Shown here piece after piece: positions 62,504 through 64,000 of a DNA stretch of 64,000 bases; the stretch's first letter is position 1, and each line of letters begins with the position of its first letter. The notes beneath the pieces are model-generated. The model saw only the letters and a program-made list of their open reading frames with translations, did not search any database and had not been told where the DNA came from. Source of the DNA: Clostridia bacterium (lineage in GTDB: Bacteria; Bacillota; Clostridia; TANB77; CAG-465); NCBI GenBank assembly GCA_017626395.1, contig JAGAIU010000075.1, positions 42,349-106,348 of the forward strand, given 5' to 3'. The translations under genes were made by a program, and so were the position numbers.

Positions 62504-63049
62504 ATGGAAGAAAGAATTGTATATTTAAGTCCATCAACACAAGAGTTTAATATAGGATATGGAGATTATGGAACAGAAGAATATAGGATGAATAGAATAA
62601 CGGATATAGTAGAACGTATATTAAAAGAACAAGGTTATACTGTTCATAGAAATAATCCTAATGATTCGCTTAGTGCAGTGGTAAGAGAAAGTAATTCAAT
62701 AGGACCAGATATTCATGTATCATTACATAGTAATGCTAGTGGTCAAGGATATAGTGCTCAAGGGCCAGAAATTTTTGCTAATAGACCAAATACAGCAGGT
62801 GACAGACTAGCTAATTTCATTTATGATGAAATAATGAAGATTTATCCTGATCAATCTAAAGGAAGAGGTGTTCTTTATACAAGTAGTCTGTATGAAATAA
62901 TTCGTACAAATGCACCAGCAGTTTTACTTGAGGTTGCTTTTCATGATAATCCAGAAGATGCAAATTGGATTATGAACAATGAAAATGCAATAGCTCAAGC
63001 TGTAGTAACTGGAATAAATAATTATTTTAATGCTCTTGCAAATGGATAA
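62504..63049 (+). CDS. N-acetylmuramoyl-L-alanine amidase (Amidase_3 family)
   Basis: HSNA motif, the catalytic glutamate region, and NAPAVLLEVAFHDNPEDA. Confidence 0.75.
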   Translation: MEERIVYLSPSTQEFNIGYGDYGTEEYRMNRITDIVERILKEQGYTVHRNNPNDSLSAVVRESNSIGPDIHVSLHSNASGQGYSAQGPEIFANRPNTAGDRLANFIYDEIMKIYPDQSKGRGVLYTSSLYEIIRTNAPAVLLEVAFHDNPEDANWIMNNENAIAQAVVTGINNYFNALANG

Positions 63050-63081
63050 TAATGTGGTAAAATTAAAAACAGGTGATATAA

Positions 63082-64000
63082 ATGCTAAATGTAAGAGAAA
63101 TACTTGAAGCAACAAATGGTGAGTTGTTAAATGGTGATATAAATAAAAATATAGTTGATTATAAATTCGATAGTAGAGAGATAAATGAGGGAGACTTTTA
63201 TATTCCAATTATAGGTGAAAGAGTAGATGGCCATAAATTTATAACAGATACAGTGAAAAGTAAATGTGTTGGATTTTTTACATCAGAGGAAATTGAATTA
63301 AATGAAATAATAAATTTAAATAATGAAGTAGTAATAATAAAAGTTGAAGATACACTAAAGTCATTACAAGATATTGGACGATATAATAGAAATAAGAAAA
63401 TAAATATTGATGTAATTGGTATAACAGGAAGTGTTGGAAAAACTAGTACTCGTGAAATGATAGCTTCAGTTATTTCACAAGAGAAAGATACATTAGTTAC
63501 ACAAAAAAATATGAATGGGCATATAGGACTTCCGCTAATGACATTGAAAATGGAAAATCAAGCAATAGCGGTATTGGAAGCGGGTATTGATTTTGTTGGA
63601 GAAATGGATGTATTAAAAAGTTTACTTTTACCAGACGTAGCTGTCGTTACTAATATTGGAACTTCTCATATTGGAAAATTTGGAAGCCAAGATGTGATAT
63701 ATCAAGAAAAATTAAAAATAGCAGATACATTAAAAGGTAAAAAAATACTTTTATTAAATAAGGATGATAAATATTTAAGAGAGTATAAGAATGATAAAAT
63801 AAATATTATATATTATAGTATAGATGATGCAAAAGATATTATAATAAATGAAGATAGTATAACATTTACTACTAATATATATAATAAAGAAGAAAAACTA
63901 AAAATTAATGCTTTAGGAAATCATAATATTTTAAATGCTATAGCTGCTATAAGAATAGGTGAAATATATAATTTACCAGTAGAAAAAATAATTACTGGAG
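63082..64000 (+). CDS. murF: UDP-N-acetylmuramoyl-tripeptide--D-alanyl-D-alanine ligase MurF, partial (3-prime end beyond the window)
   Basis: P-loop GITGSVGKTSTRE and Mur ligase central-domain motifs. The ORF runs off the window end. Confidence 0.8.
   Translation, partial: MLNVREILEATNGELLNGDINKNIVDYKFDSREINEGDFYIPIIGERVDGHKFITDTVKSKCVGFFTSEEIELNEIINLNNEVVIIKVEDTLKSLQDIGRYNRNKKINIDVIGITGSVGKTSTREMIASVISQEKDTLVTQKNMNGHIGLPLMTLKMENQAIAVLEAGIDFVGEMDVLKSLLLPDVAVVTNIGTSHIGKFGSQDVIYQEKLKIADTLKGKKILLLNKDDKYLREYKNDKINIIYYSIDDAKDIIINEDSITFTTNIYNKEEKLKINALGNHNILNAIAAIRIGEIYNLPVEKIITG

Overview
This is a low-GC (~28%) sporulating Firmicute (Clostridium-like) chromosome spanning the replication origin.

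The conserved backbone runs, on the minus strand, parB-parA-rsmG-mnmG-mnmE-jag-yidC-yidD-rnpA-rpmH into an oriC of about 1.7 kb carrying some 20 DnaA boxes. On the plus strand it continues dnaA-dnaN-recF-gyrB, but gyrB is followed directly by the infC-rpmI-rplT operon (with an L20-type leader) and efp rather than by gyrA. Further on the plus strand come miaB, a spoIVFA/spoIVFB-like pair, ftsA-ftsZ-spoIIGA-sigE, lemA, cysS, sigG, ydbC, an amidase and murF.

Left of the origin there is a two-tRNA-Ser locus, two tandem Stealth-family paralogs, a DUF1292 gene and a CaCA exchanger. Then comes an accessory region (about 13.9-25.0 kb) containing a RelQ-type alarmone synthetase, a DUF3800 protein, a Fic protein, a DUF2207 protein, an LCP protein, VanZ, and a striking array of small unknown genes that includes a Panacea (DUF4065) protein. 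A capsule/exopolysaccharide locus of about 11 kb (2.4-13.4 kb; Wzx/Wzy type with a radical SAM/SPASM enzyme) sits at the far left.

The findings I rate highest are:
- a Cys-codon leader peptide with alternative terminator/antiterminator hairpins upstream of cysS;
- five consecutive terminator plus perfect sigma-A consensus promoter cassettes driving small unknown genes, one of them an orphan Panacea antitoxin-like protein;
- a long capsule-operon leader containing an intrinsic terminator;
- a candidate small RNA immediately after miaB.

Coordinates that I counted by hand may be off by 1-3 nt.
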